A stretch of DNA of 64,000 nucleotides from Callorhinchus milii. Its lineage: Eukaryota. Both the position numbers and the translations under genes were made by a program. Each line of letters begins with the position of its first letter. The first letter of the stretch is position 1. Below the pieces are notes generated by a model, which ran no database searches, was not told the origin of the DNA, and saw only the letters and a list, made by a program, of their open reading frames with translations. Below are positions 50,715 to 63,413 of the stretch, piece by piece. The DNA lies in assembly GCF_018977255.1 (NCBI RefSeq), contig NW_024704742.1, positions 78,680,001 through 78,744,000 on the forward strand, in the 5' to 3' direction.

Positions 50715-51160
50715 AACAATACAACACAAATTTATATTTATTTAGTGCCTTTGTTGTCAGGAGGATGTCCCAAAGCACTGGCTTGGCACCCAAGGTGAAG
50801 GTGGGAGCCAAAGGGGTTGGGTAGGGTAAAGATGACTAAAAGCAGGTTAAAGAGGGAGGTCTTGAGATTGCCCTTGAACACGATGAGGGAGGGAGCAAAT
50901 TGCAGTGAGTCCAGGATGGAGTTCCAGAGAGTGGGGGTAGAAAGTCTGCCCACAAATGGTGGGACTAGTGGAGCAGAAGACATGAAGCAAGCTGGTACGT
51001 GCTGAACAAAGAGAGCGGCTGGGTTAGTAATGGGGTTTGAGATCACAGAGTTAATGGGGTCAGACGGTGCATGGATTTAGAGGTGAGAACTAGGATTTTA
51101 AATTCAATCTGTTGGGGGATGAGAAGCCAGAGGAGCTGAGCAAGGATTGGGTAGGGTGAT
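50715..51160 (-). mobile_element. L2 3' fragment
   Basis: PTLWNSILDSL..APSLIVFKGNLKTSLF; terminal gcctttgttgtcaggaggatgtcccaaagcact. Confidence 0.8.
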
Positions 51161-52484
51161 GGGCTCGCAGAGCCTCATGCAGGGTTCCCATTGTTCTTGT
51201 GTTGAAGAAGTAAACAGAAACAGCCCAAGCAAGAAGCAAAGGTCCCCTTGTGGCCTCCAAACCTAATAATCTTTTTGTCTTTGCTTTCAAGAGGACAGAG
51301 AATTGGTAGACTTTCAGTGAATCCTGAATAGTTGTCAGAAAGGTGAATGACAGATATGAACTCATGTTCTGAATTACCTGTAGGATTTGATTAAGAATAA
51401 TTTCATCATACTTAAAAAAAGTCATGTTGGCAAAAAGTATCAATGAGTGAGTGGCATTACCTTAAAGCCCTTGTATTCATGATGTAAAATGCTGTTATAG
51501 TTGTTACGTGCATCTGTTTGTATATCCATTCCAGTACAAGGGAGGTGGAAAACAAGAGCATTTCTGGTTAATTTCTTCCTTTTAACAAGTCCACCGAAAC
51601 ACAGTTCTCTTTTGCTTTTGCTTGGCCACTGACTAATGTAAGGTACCCAAGGCCGAATACATCATGAATAAATTATATGGTCCCTGTTATTGAAATCCCT
51701 AGAGCAAAATATGTCAGCCAATAAGTTATACCTCATTTAGTTTCCACCTCCAGTGCATCTGCAGCTCATAAACTACTGACAGCCCAAAACAGCTGCATCT
51801 GCCTAAAGGAAATCTGAATCGGCTTGTTTCCTTGACATTAAATATAATCATCTTGTTTACCCAACTGACAGTGAGTTGAATTGCATACAGGAGAAGTAGT
51901 GCATAACCTAGAAAGGTTCATCCAAACTACATCCGTATCTCAAACAAGCTGATTATGATGATGTGCCAGGCCGGCAGAGTTGGTAGTACTCTCGCCTACG
52001 GATCAGAAGTTTGTGGGCCCAAACCCTCACATATTCTTTAAACTTGTTTCACCACCTCATATCGACATGAAGGATGGCTCTTGAGTCAACAGCACCTGAT
52101 ATGAATTGTCCTGGGTCGAACAAAGTATAGTTTCAGCCATGCATCTTTTTAAATCGATTTTCAGGATGGGAATTCAAAATCTTCCCATCCTCATGTCCTT
52201 GAAGCAATTATCCCACCTGGAGGACTAAGGCTAGAATCTGATAAAATTGCAGAATTGTTATATAAAACTGCAGAATTGTTATAGAAAAAGATGAATTCTT
52301 ATAAAAAACTTGAATTGCTACAGCAAAACATTTTCAACAACCGTAAGCTACAATAAACAAGTCAACTTGACATTTTTCTAACCAACATAAACATTTCTAA
52401 CCATTAAGTAAAATAGTGCTTTTGCCTACACAGGTTAACACATATTTACAATTGCAGTTATGAAGCAGATGGCAATAGCACAGC

Positions 52485-52892
52485 AGTGCCCCACTCAAGA
52501 TCCTTTCACTTGTTTTCAAATCCCTTCAGACCCTTGCAGCTCCGCAACTATCTAATTTGCTTACCCCCCCCACTCCCACACCTGCAGCCTCCGCTCAGCC
52601 GGCTCTGGCCTCCTGCTTGTCCCTCATCTTCTCCGCTCCACCATCGGCGGCTGTGCCTTCAGTCACTATGCCCCCAAACTCTATAAATCTCTCCCTCAAT
52701 CCTTCTGCCTTGCCCCATCCCTACCCACGTGTAAATCCTGTGCAAAGACTTTCCTTTTTGATCGTGCTGACGGTCACCTCTCCCCTCCCTCTACTCCTGG
52801 TTCGGGTGACAGACTCTGTCACTGTGGGCAAAGCGCTCCGGGATGCTACGCCGCATGATAGATAAACGCAAGGTGGTTGTTTTTGTTGTTGT
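52485..52892 (+). mobile_element. L2 3' fragment
   Basis: tcaagatcctttcacttgttttcaaatccc...ccaccatcggcggctgtgccttcag...aagcgctccgggatg and a (TTG)-like tail. Confidence 0.75.
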
Positions 52893-54573
52893 ACTAAAGA
52901 ATGCTAAAGATACTAAAGAATAGCAGCTGTTGTTGGCATTCCTAAGGGAGCATATCATCTAGTCAACCAAATGGCCCATATTAATATCAATGTAATGGTC
53001 CAGTCAATATTTGGAATATTGACTGGGCTCAGATATGCTGGGGTGAACCTCTGACTAGCAGATCATAGCCTTTAACTGCAGGTTAAAGCAAACAACTCAA
53101 AAAGTTGGTATCACCCAAATCAGCCCTCAAACGTCACCGACAGCAAGTCAGCAGTCAGACTTGGCCATTCAGGATGGTGTCGGAAGAGAGGGGCAACTCA
53201 TCTGAGATCTTTCAAAGTGCAAACTACCTAAATAGAACTTATGACATCAAGAACAACAACTTGCCCTTATAGGCAACTTTCTCAAAGTATTTTGCAGAGA
53301 TGGAGTAAGAAACTGAACATGGTGAAAGAGGAGGGAACGAGGAAGATAGCTGAAGGCACAATCAAATAAGTAAGGTTTTGAAAGTTGGAATGAGGGTGTC
53401 AGCCGGAGGGACTTGGGAAGAGAATTCCAAAAGCAGGGATAAGTGTCTGAAGACTTGCCCACTGATGGTGGGTGAAAGGGACTATGCGTTGTGTAGGCCA
53501 AGCTTGGAACAGGCCAGGGTTGTTAGGGAGGAGGGAATAAGTTGGGAAATGGGACACAAGAGAAAATAGAGTTGTAATGTTACATCATTATAATGAGGTC
53601 ATTTGGTTACTGGGTGAACAAAGATACTCGTTGCTTGAGCACCATCTACAAGGCAACCAAGATGTTGAATTCACTAAGTGAGCACAAGAACGACATTCTC
53701 TCCATATATCCTCATGTCAGGAATGAATTTGCTTTTTATCAAGGAATGAAAAGGGAGAGGAGTTTTGAAAACAAAGCTTGTTAAAATAATTTCATAAAAA
53801 TACTGACGGGGAATTATTAGCAGCAAAATATGACAAAACCAGCATTTGAATTGCAGTTAATGCCACTCTCGTTTTGGCATAGCTTTCATTCTTCATTAGA
53901 CTTACAGTCTTTAGTTCATTACCTTAGTTACTCTATAGTGAGTCTGAAGTGCCCCCAAATGACAGGCAACAGATTTTTTAACTGCAAGCATTTTGTTGTT
54001 TCCACTGAGTCACAAAGTCAAGGAAGAAATAATTTAACTATTTCGTACAGCCTTATCTGTGGGGCAAAAATTGTGGTGTTTCCTTGTACCTAATGTTTTA
54101 AGAAACACTGAATTTGTTACTGTTACTAAGTTGGCTAAGTCACTGTTTCTTCCTCAAGACTTATCTGTTCTCAGGCATTGCTCCTAACCTCTGTTCCGCC
54201 CTCCTGATCAGCTGACCGCTTGTTGGTGTAAAGAATGGCACAAAATTGACATCATATTGTCATTTCCTGTCTGCCTTTGGAATGTGTTTGCCTTTCCAAA
54301 ATCAGAGTTTTAACTCAAGGTTTCCCTTAGACCCAAGTTAATCAACAACAATAACAAAGGAACTTGCTTTTATATAGCGCCCTTCATGTAGAGTAATGTC
54401 TTGGAGCAAGCATGTAATATAAAGAACGGAATGTTTCTGTCTCGGGAGAAAGAAAAAAATGTAATAAAGATTTTGTTTGGGATTTCTGTTGTACTAAATA
54501 TTATATTTATAGATAAATATATATTTTAAAAAAAGCCTACATAGAATTTCATGCCTTGGAGCTAAAGTTTATT

Positions 54574-54944
54574 TATAATAATAAAATAATCCTTGCATTT
54601 GCATTTGATATAGCACCTTATCATCTTGAGACGTCAAAGCACTTCACAGATATACTGTAAAGTGAATTGACTGTATATTTTGTGGCGAAACATGGCAGCC
54701 AATTGCACACATCAGTGTCTCACAAAGAGTCGAGGATTGGGTGACCAATTTTTTTTAAAAGGAATTATTACCCCCGGAAAAGCGATCTGTCAATCTGCTA
54801 ACAACCAGGTTGCTACTTACTGCTGAGTAAACAGAGGTGAGTGGAGTAAGGAAACTTGCACAACATTTCCCCCTGCCCAAGATTCAAACCTAAGGTCTCT
54901 TGCTTGAGAGGAGAATCCTCTAACCATTGAGCTACAGGACTCCA
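54574..54944 (-). mobile_element. tRNA-derived SINE, long subfamily
   Basis: Reverse head gagctacaggactcca and extra segment ctacttactgctgagtaaacagagg. Confidence 0.9.
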
Positions 54945-55221
54945 GTTTAGAGTAAATAGAGACCTAGATGGGATTTCTATATGCTGAAGTGCAAAGAAGA
55001 AAGGAGTCAGTGTGCTCAGTCTGTATTGGATTGTCAAGGGTACATCTTTCGGATGTTACAGCGAGATCCTTTCTAAAGTTCAGGAGGATGTTAGAGATCC
55101 ACGATGCTATTTGAAAAGAAAAATAAGTTCCTCCGAATGTCCTGGGCAACAATCCTTATAATTGTTCACTCACTTCATAGCTGTTTATGGCATATTGCTG
55201 TGGACAAATCGGCTACAGTGT

Positions 55222-55520
55222 TAATAATAATAATCCTTGCGTTTGATATAGCGCTTTTCAAGTCTTCTAGACATCTCAAAGCATTTCACAGAATATATTG
55301 TAAAGTGAATTGACTGTATAGTTGTTGGCGAAATGTGGCAGCCAATTGCGCACAGCAGTGTCCCACAAACAGTTATGGATTGAAGTGACCAATTTATTAT
55401 TTTTTTTCTTGAGGGATTATTATCAGGCGTGTGGAGTAAGGAAACTTGCCCAAGGTTTCGCCCTGCTGGGATTCAAACCCAGGTCTCTCGCTTGCGAGGG
55501 GAGTGCTCTAACCACTGAGC
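55222..55520 (-). mobile_element. tRNA-derived SINE, short subfamily, nested in a plus-strand DeuSINE (~55000-55630)
   Basis: taataataataatccttgcg...gagtgctctaaccactgagc; cagtgtt on both sides; host resumes and ends caaatgcaaggagtattatt. Confidence 0.85.
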
Positions 55521-55974
55521 AGTGTTTGCGTAAAGAATCACTATATTTCACAATAAATCCTGTGAAGAGCTTTGCAATATCTCAATGATGTGATATAACT
55601 CAACATCAAATGCAAGGAGTATTATTTTATCTTATAAGTGGTCGATAATGCAATGCTTATATCTTTTAAATGGCTTATTTTGGGGGCATTCATGCTTTTA
55701 AACAATTAACACATTTCCACAATTTATTCTCATTGTTTTTTAAATGAATGAGCACTTCAATGAGCATTTAACTGCACTCCAGTTACAGGCCTCTTGGATT
55801 AATTATTATTCTGAGAATGTACAATGGATAATGCTACCAATGTAAACTGTACTGTGTTTATATAAAGAGGAAGGTGGGATTGATTGGAAATGCAATGATT
55901 CACTTGCTGATCACATGTGGCTGAACAATTATTGATATTGATAATATTTTAATCCGAGTTCTGATTAAACTTGA

Positions 55975-56495
55975 TTTTTGTTTGGTCAGACGGGTGTTTG
56001 TTCAATAGCGGAAACCCATCACCATGCTTAAGAGTATCCAAAAAACAACAGATTTCCATGCATCTCACCTACACATGGAAATATATTTGTTGGAATGGAA
56101 TGCGCACTCTCTTCCTGGAGGGGGCACATCCTGCTTACCTAATTCTGGAAAGCATTAGGCACAGGTTAGCAAGAGCCAAGTCTTGGGGACACCAGCGTGT
56201 GCAATGGGGTACTGCTGGAATTGAACCAGCTAAATCCACATAGCTTGCAATTGATAGCACTGTCTGGCAAACTTTCCCGCTGCTTGTCCAGCTGGGACTA
56301 CCCTACCCATTAGCGCTTTGGCTTGCAGCATTATCAGAAGCTGAGTGTGAGTATTCCCTGCGTTCAGTGACTGGTCTGCCCTTCCAAGTCCTGCCAATGA
56401 GCCAGGCTGGCTGTGCTGTCATTAGCAGTGCCTTGGAATACTGCAAACTTGCCTGGCTCAGGAACTAGACTACCGAGACCGCAACAGAGGGCTGA
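55975..56495 (-). repeat. Longest copy of the unclassified dispersed repeat
   Basis: See 42960-43410; includes hairpin gatttccatgcatctcacctacacatggaaat. Confidence 0.8.
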
Positions 56496-56887
56496 TTTAA
56501 TTCCGACATTCTGTTGCCAAACATGCCACATTGGAGCCAGTTCAGCTTACCTCCCACTTCCCTCCCCCCAGGTAGATAGTCACTAGATAAACAATCTTCT
56601 GATAAGATGATAAACTATCGTTGTCCGGCCAACAATCCCACAAATAAAATTCTTCATTCAATCAAGACTGTTTCAAGAACTTTGTTGTGTGCAACTTCGC
56701 TGCTATGTTCACCCATAAAATACATTCGCTCCACCTTACAGTATATGCCGTGAAGCACTTTGAGATGTCCTCCTGACATGATAAGGCACCATATCAAATG
56801 CAAGGATTATTAATATTATTGTCAAAGGAAGTAAATTTATTAACCATCATAAAATAAAAGATTCTTACCCGTCAAGATCGGAATCAT

Positions 56888-59675
56888 GATTTAGCATTAG
56901 AGAGGACAAACAAGTTACAAAGAGGCTGGGAGAGTCGAATAGCAATGGAATAAGGAGTAATCCAGGAAAAGGAGGGATTAGACGGGGGAGAAATGCAGAA
57001 CAGACTAAGTGGGTTTTGGAGTGCATGTCCGTAAATGCACGGAATGTAACAACTAAGATTGGTGAGCTGCAGGCTCAAGTTGCCTGATGGGGTTATGATG
57101 TAGTGGCAACAACGGAGACCTGGCTCAACCAAGGGCAGGAATGGGAGCTGAATATTCCTGGCTACAATATATTCATGAGGGATAGAGAAGGAAAAAAAGG
57201 AGAGTGGGTCTGGCAATATTGATTAAAGACTTGTGGACAGGACTTGTCCACAAGCTCAGTGGTTAGAGCACTTGCCTTGCAAGCAAGATACCTGGGTTCA
57301 ATTCCAGGCAGAGCGAAACCTTGGGCAAGTTTCCTTACTCCACACGCCTGATAATAATCCCTCCAAAACAAAAACAATAATAAATTGGTCATTTTCAATC
57401 CACGACTGTTTGTGGGACACTGCTGTGCACAATTGGCTGCCGCGTTTCACCCACAAATATACAGTCAATTCACTTTACAGTCTATTCTGTGAAGCGCTTT
57501 GAGACGTCTCGAAGTCGTGAAAAGTGCTGTATCAAATGCAAGGATTATTATTATTATTATTATAAAGACACGGTTACGGCCCTGGAAAGAGACAATGTGC
57601 TATAGTGTCCAATAACAGAATCTATTTGGTCAGAATTAAGGAGAAGAAAAGGAGCCATTACTATGTTAGGTATATACTATAGACCACCAAAGAGTGTGAA
57701 GGAGATAGACGAGCAAGTCTGAAAGCAGATTTCAGAAAGATCCAAAACCAAGAGTAGTGATACTGGGGATCTTCAATTATCCTAACATAGATTGGCAAAA
57801 TAACAGTGTAAAGAGCAAGGAAGGGGAAGGATTCCTGAAATGTGTGCAAATAACTTTCTGGATCAGTATGTTTCCAGTCCAACAAGGAAGGGAGAAGTGA
57901 TGGATCTACTTCTGGGCAACAAAGTGGGGCAAGTGGAGCAGGTTTCTGAAGGAGAGCATCTGGACAACAGTGATCACAACATCATTAGGTTTAAGAGTAC
58001 TTATGGAAAAAAACAAGGAGCAATCAAAGGTGAAGATACTGAACTAGAAGAGGGCTAATTTCAGTGAGTTAAAAAGGGACCTAGGTGGACAGGAAAGAAA
58101 GATTGGCCGGTAAAGCAGCTAATGAACAATGGCAAGTATTCAGGGAGGAGATAGCTAGACCATAAAACCATAAGACGTAGGAGCAGGTGTAAGCCATTTG
58201 GCCCTCAACCCTGCCCCGCCATTTAATAATGTCATGGCTGATCTTCTAACCTAATTCCATTTACCCGTCCTGTCCCCATATCCCTTAATCCCTCTATCCT
58301 ATAGTTCGGGGACAGAACAAATACATTTCCACAAAGGGGAAAGGTAGGGCATCCAAAACCTCCCTGGATTAAAATCAAACAGAAAAAGGAGGTTTATGAT
58401 AAATATCAGGTTCAAAATACAGAAGATAATCAAACAGAATATAGAAAGTACAGAGGAGAATTGAAAAAGGAAATAAGAGGGGCAAAGCGATTGTATGAGA
58501 AAAAATTAGCGGTAACATAAAAGGGAATGCCAAGGTATTTTATAAGCATATAAAGAATAAAAGGTTTAGTCAAAGGTAGAGTGGGTCCAATTAGGGACCA
58601 AAGAGGAAATCTTCTTGTGGAGGCAGAGGGCATGGCTGACATACTGAATGAATACTTTGCATCTGTCTTCACAAAAGAAGATGATGCAGCCAATGCAGCA
58701 GGATCTGCGGAGAGGGTAAAGAAATATAAAAGTTGTCGGTGCTCAAGGTAGATAAGTCATCCGATCTGGACGGAATGCATCCTAGGTTACTGAGGGAAGT
58801 AAGGTTGGAAATAACGGAGGCTCTGCCCACAATTTTTCAATCCTCCTTGGACACTGGAGGTGCCAGGGGACGAGAGGTTTCCAAATGTTACTCCCCTGTA
58901 CAAAAAGGGGCAGAAGGATAAACCCAGGAGCTACAAACCAGTCAGCCTAATGTCAGTAGTGGGGAGACCTGGAGGTTCATATAAGTGAATTTTGAAGGTG
59001 ACAGGACAGGTAGATAAAGCTGTTAAAAAAGCATACGGGATACTAGACTTCAGAAATTGGGGCATAGAATACGAAGGTCAGGAAGTTATGATGAATCTTT
59101 ATAAAACACTGGTTAGGCCTCAGCTAGAGCACTGTGTTCAGGTCTGGACATCAAATTTTATGAAGGATGTCAAGGCATTGGAGAGAGTGCAAAGGAGATT
59201 TACCAGGATGGTACCAGGAATGAGGGACTTCAGTTATCAGGAGTGGCTAGAGAAGCTAGGATTATTCTTCTGCGAGCAGAGAAGGTTAAGAGGAGACTTA
59301 ATAGACGTTTTCAAAATGATGGGGGGATTCGATAGGTTGAACAAGGAGAAATTATTTCTACTGGTGGGTGGGTCGGTAACCCGAAGGCACCTATTTAAAA
59401 TAGTTGTTAAAAGAAACAAAGGGGAAGTGAGGAGAAATTCTTTTACACAGTGAGTTGTTCAGATCTGGAAGGCATTGCCTCAAAGGGTGGTGGAAGCCTA
59501 TTTGATAACAATTTTTCAAAGAGAAGTAGATAATTATTTGGCGAGGACACGTTTGCAGGCCTATGGGGAGAGCATGGAGGAGTGGGATTGATTTGGATAG
59601 CTCTTTTCAAAGAGCCAACACAGATCCAACGGGCTGAATGGCCTCCTTCTGTGCTGTATAATTCTATGATTCTAA
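56888..59675 (+). mobile_element. CR1 LINE (linker, ORF2, 3' UTR) with nested insertions and deleted RT core
   Basis: Endonuclease motifs (VATTETWL, YYRPP, SDHNII); KVDKSSDLDGMHPRLL; jump from YKPVSLMSVVG to the post-RT region near 58965; YKTLVRPQLEHCVQVW; tail ataattctatgattcta. Confidence 0.92.
57231..57562 (+). mobile_element. tRNA-Ala-derived SINE inserted in CR1 ORF2
   Basis: TSD taaagac at 57224-57230 and 57563-57569; fold-back 5' end. Confidence 0.92.
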
Positions 59676-59744
59676 GATTTATAGATTTACCAACATTTGA
59701 AGAATAACAAAATAATAAGTTAGAGCAAAACATGATCACCAAGA

Positions 59745-60217
59745 GTAATATCATCCCTATCTTTTCTGTCTCCACTGGCTTCCCAACATACAAAGGATAC
59801 AGTTCAAGATCCTGGTCCTCACCTTCAAAGCCCTCCATGGTCTTGCTCACCACTACACCTGTGACCTCCTAACCCCCTACCATCCTGTCCACTCCCTCCG
59901 CTCAGCAGGCTCCAGCCTGCTTCACGTTGCCTGCCTCGCCCGCCCCACCATTGGCGGGTAGACCTTCTGCTACTCTGCCCCCACCATCTGGAACTCCATG
60001 CCGCAGTCCCTCTGCCTCGCCCCCTCCCTTGCCTCCTTCAAGAACCATCTCAAGACCCTCCTCTTCAGACGTGCTTTCGATCACCTTGTTTCCCCCCTTG
60101 CCCTCCACCCTCTCCAATCCCGACTCCCAGCTCGGGTCCAAAACATTGATAGTCCACCACCTTGGGATGTCCTCCCGACATGACCATTGCTGTACAAATG
60201 TAATTTTGTTGTTGTTG
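59745..60217 (+). mobile_element. L2 3' end
   Basis: ctccactggcttccc...ttcaagatcctggtcctcaccttcaaagccc; APSLASFKNHLKTLLF; (TTG)n tail. Confidence 0.9.
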
Positions 60218-60578
60218 TAATAAGTTAAGCTTTACTAATGTGTTTTTCTAATAATTTGCTTATGTTACAATCCTTCGGGTCTTCCATAAAACTAGTGAAC
60301 TAGAAAAATTGTCTCAATTTTCTATCACATGTTTGCAGTGCATTAATGTTGGCTAATTATCATTTCAAATAACCATAATTTTCAGCATCAATAATTTATT
60401 AAACAATTTTTTTAAAAAACATGGCATAATTTGTTTCAGAATTTTTAATATTTAAGGGCGCATAGAAAATTTAGTAGTGAAATGCTATGGTAAATATTAC
60501 TTTACAATACCAATTTTTTTAAGTGTGATCCAATATTGGTGCGTGGTGCAACCAGAGTGGTATTAAAGCACTACCTTT

Positions 60579-60905
60579 GTGGAGTCCGTAGCTCAGTGGT
60601 TAGAGCACTCGCTTTGCAAGTGAGAGACCTGAGTTCAATTCCAGGCAGAGGGCGAAACCTTGGGCAAGTTTCCTTACTCCACACAGAGCCTAATAATAAT
60701 CCCTCCAAAAACCAAAAGCAATAATAAATTGGTCATTTTCAATCTACGACTGTTTGTGGGACATTGCTGTGCGCAATTGGCTGCCGCGTTCGCCCACAAA
60801 TATACAGTCAATTCACTTTACAGTGTGTTCTGTGAAGCGCTTTGGGATGTCCTCCCGACGTGAAAAGCGCTATATCAAATGCAAGGATTATTATTATTAT
60901 TATTA
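60579..60905 (+). mobile_element. Full-length young tRNA-Ala-derived SINE
   Basis: Near-identical to 46195, sharing the variants ggcagagggcg and acacagagcc. Confidence 0.95.
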
Positions 60906-61639
60906 TGAAAACCCTTGGAGAAGGAAATGAGTAACATTTCACACTTTGCTGTAGATTTGTCATTCAATTAGCTTTGCCTACTGTAAACCATCCTGTAAGT
61001 ACGGGTCTATTGGTGGAGTCTAGGGAACCCCCGCATCCTCCTTTTGAGGTGATTGAGTGATTGAGCCTGGGCATTATTTAAGGTTTTGCACAAGCAAGAT
61101 GAGAGCTGCTCATGTTTGTTCTGAAATATTTAATACCGTTTACTTGATATGTGGATTAATTCCTTAAGTGAGTGAGGAGGTGCAGAGGAAGAATATAGCC
61201 ACAAGAATAAGCAATACAAAAGATACTTGATGAATTGTGCCTGGTATAATGTTTCTCTCAAACAAGAGAAAGGTTCTTGTGAATTACCTTTGTAACAAAC
61301 CTATTTCTGCTTTATTGATACCTTGGTGTGGTTCCTAATAACAATGTGATAAATTGTTGGTTCAAAGCAAAGCCGTGACCTGACTCTCCGATTAAGTTCA
61401 TTGTTGACTATTACTTAGTATCTGAATCTATTTCTCTGAACAGCGAGATTAGGCCCAGACATATGACCAGTATTCCTACTTTTACTCTCTAAATACTACC
61501 AGCTCCTATATGGGCATGCTCAGCTGTGCAGAAGGGAAGCTATCATTCATTGTCACTATCTATTGATTTCACTGAGCAACAGAATAAGAGTGCACAGGTT
61601 CAGGGCTGTAAAGGGCTATTTCAGTCCAGACACTAGGAA

Positions 61640-61950
61640 GTAATAACAATAATAATAACCCTTACATTTCGTACAGTGTCTTTCATGTTGGGAGGAAATC
61701 TCAAAGTGCTTCACAGAATATAATGTAAAGTGCCTGTGTTTTGTGAACTAACGCGTCCCTCAACAACTGTGAAGTAAATGACCAATTTTATTTAAGTGAA
61801 TGTCAGCAAGGATACCAGGGGAAACTTCACTTTTTGAATAGTGCCAAGGGAATTTTAATGTTCACCTGAATTTGGAGATAGGACCTTGATTTAACATCTC
61901 ATCTGAAGGATGGCACCTCAAACAATACAGCACTGCATTGGAGTTTCAAC
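61640..61950 (-). mobile_element. DeuSINE-like 3' part
   Basis: aataataataacccttacatttcg...tttaacatctcatctgaaggatggcacctc. Confidence 0.7.
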
Positions 61951-63227
61951 ATAAGTATTTCTTTTGTCAGAGGATAATTAAAAATTGAAACCGATTACAA
62001 TGAAATATAAATGATGTCAGGACACAGACTTATGTAGGAAACAGCTTGATGCAGTGGAAGGACAATAGGTGGGTATTCTTCAAGAATGAGATCAAATGGG
62101 CTGAAGGGTCTTCTTCTGAACCTCTCTTGCCTTCGTGTCATATGTGTGGATATTGAGTGAGGTGAGCACTGAGTTTGTGTGTGATCCACACACTGTTTAC
62201 TAGTCTGGTAACATTAGGTAATCTCATGAATGAAGAATGACCACTCAAGTAATTCTGGAGTCCTACCAACTGCTGTAGAGCTTCATAAGTCACTGCCTGC
62301 AGAGAGAAGGGGGAGATGGATATACAAGCGATAAAGCTTTTCCTGGTTCTTAGTTTTAAGTAAATAAATGTATTCAAACCACTAAAGTGCTCCCTAAAGC
62401 TTGAATACTTTATTGGGCATAAAGGTTTTACCACCCAACACAACTGAAAGGGGAAGGACAGTGCATCGGGATTAAAAATATAGGAAGATCTAAAAAAAAC
62501 TGGAAGAGCAGGCTCGATGGTCTGAATGGCCTCCTCCTTTACCTGTTTTTCCTAATTTACCACAGTGATGGAATCTGTCATGAATCAGCCTCTATCTTAT
62601 AAAATGATGGATCATAAAATCTGATCCATAAATCAGATTTCCATTGCAAAATGTTATGTTCTGCAAACCTGGGAGTACAACTTGTCAAAGTGAAACTTTT
62701 GCATTCGCGCTCCTTCAGCTTTTTTGTAGACATAATGATAGGCTCCCATGCCATTCTCGCTAACACTCCCTCATTAATAAAATACACCAATATAAAAAGA
62801 GTTTGTGAAACTCTTGTAAACCAACACATTTTCCCTTCCAAAGATTTCTTTCTGTCTGTGCCATTGGTGGTCTTATCATGCATTTTGTTTAAAGTCAGCG
62901 TATTTATTGGTAGAAAGTTTGTTGTATTCCCTTCCCACTTGTTCAGTGGTTACATCCTATTGCAATACAGAAACTATTTGCAATTGCTTTGGGATGAGCC
63001 TTTAAGCTTTAATGGATAAGAAAATTAAGTGCTTGCTGGCCCTAGAACAGTGGAGCAAATATTCAATACATTTTTGTTCTTTCATGAATGTACAAATGTT
63101 GCACTGTTGCCTCAGCAATAGATCTCCTCTCAAGGGAATTCCTCTTAGCATCAGTCAAGTAACTGATAACTATTCAATATAACTGACCAAGATAACTGTT
63201 CTCTTTTTTGATCAGTGACCAATGCCC

Positions 63228-63413
63228 AGAGCTTTAATGACCATCTGAACAAGGAGTTAAGACCTCGGCTTAATGTCTCATTTGAAGGATGGCACCTCTA
63301 ACAATGCAACACATCCCCCGAGTGGGAGTGTCTGCTTATGAGTTCAACATGAATGGGCTTGAACCCAACTTCTAACCTTACAGTAAGAGTATTGCCAATC
63401 AAATCAGACTGAC
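63228..63413 (-). mobile_element. DeuSINE-like 5' part
   Basis: cctcggcttaatgtctcatttgaaggatggcacctc...gggcttgaacccaacttctaac. Confidence 0.65.

Noticed and set aside
62578..63019. Overlapping 101-aa and 122-aa ORFs
   Set aside because: No recognisable domain or supporting splice structure; lengths are within chance range for this window.
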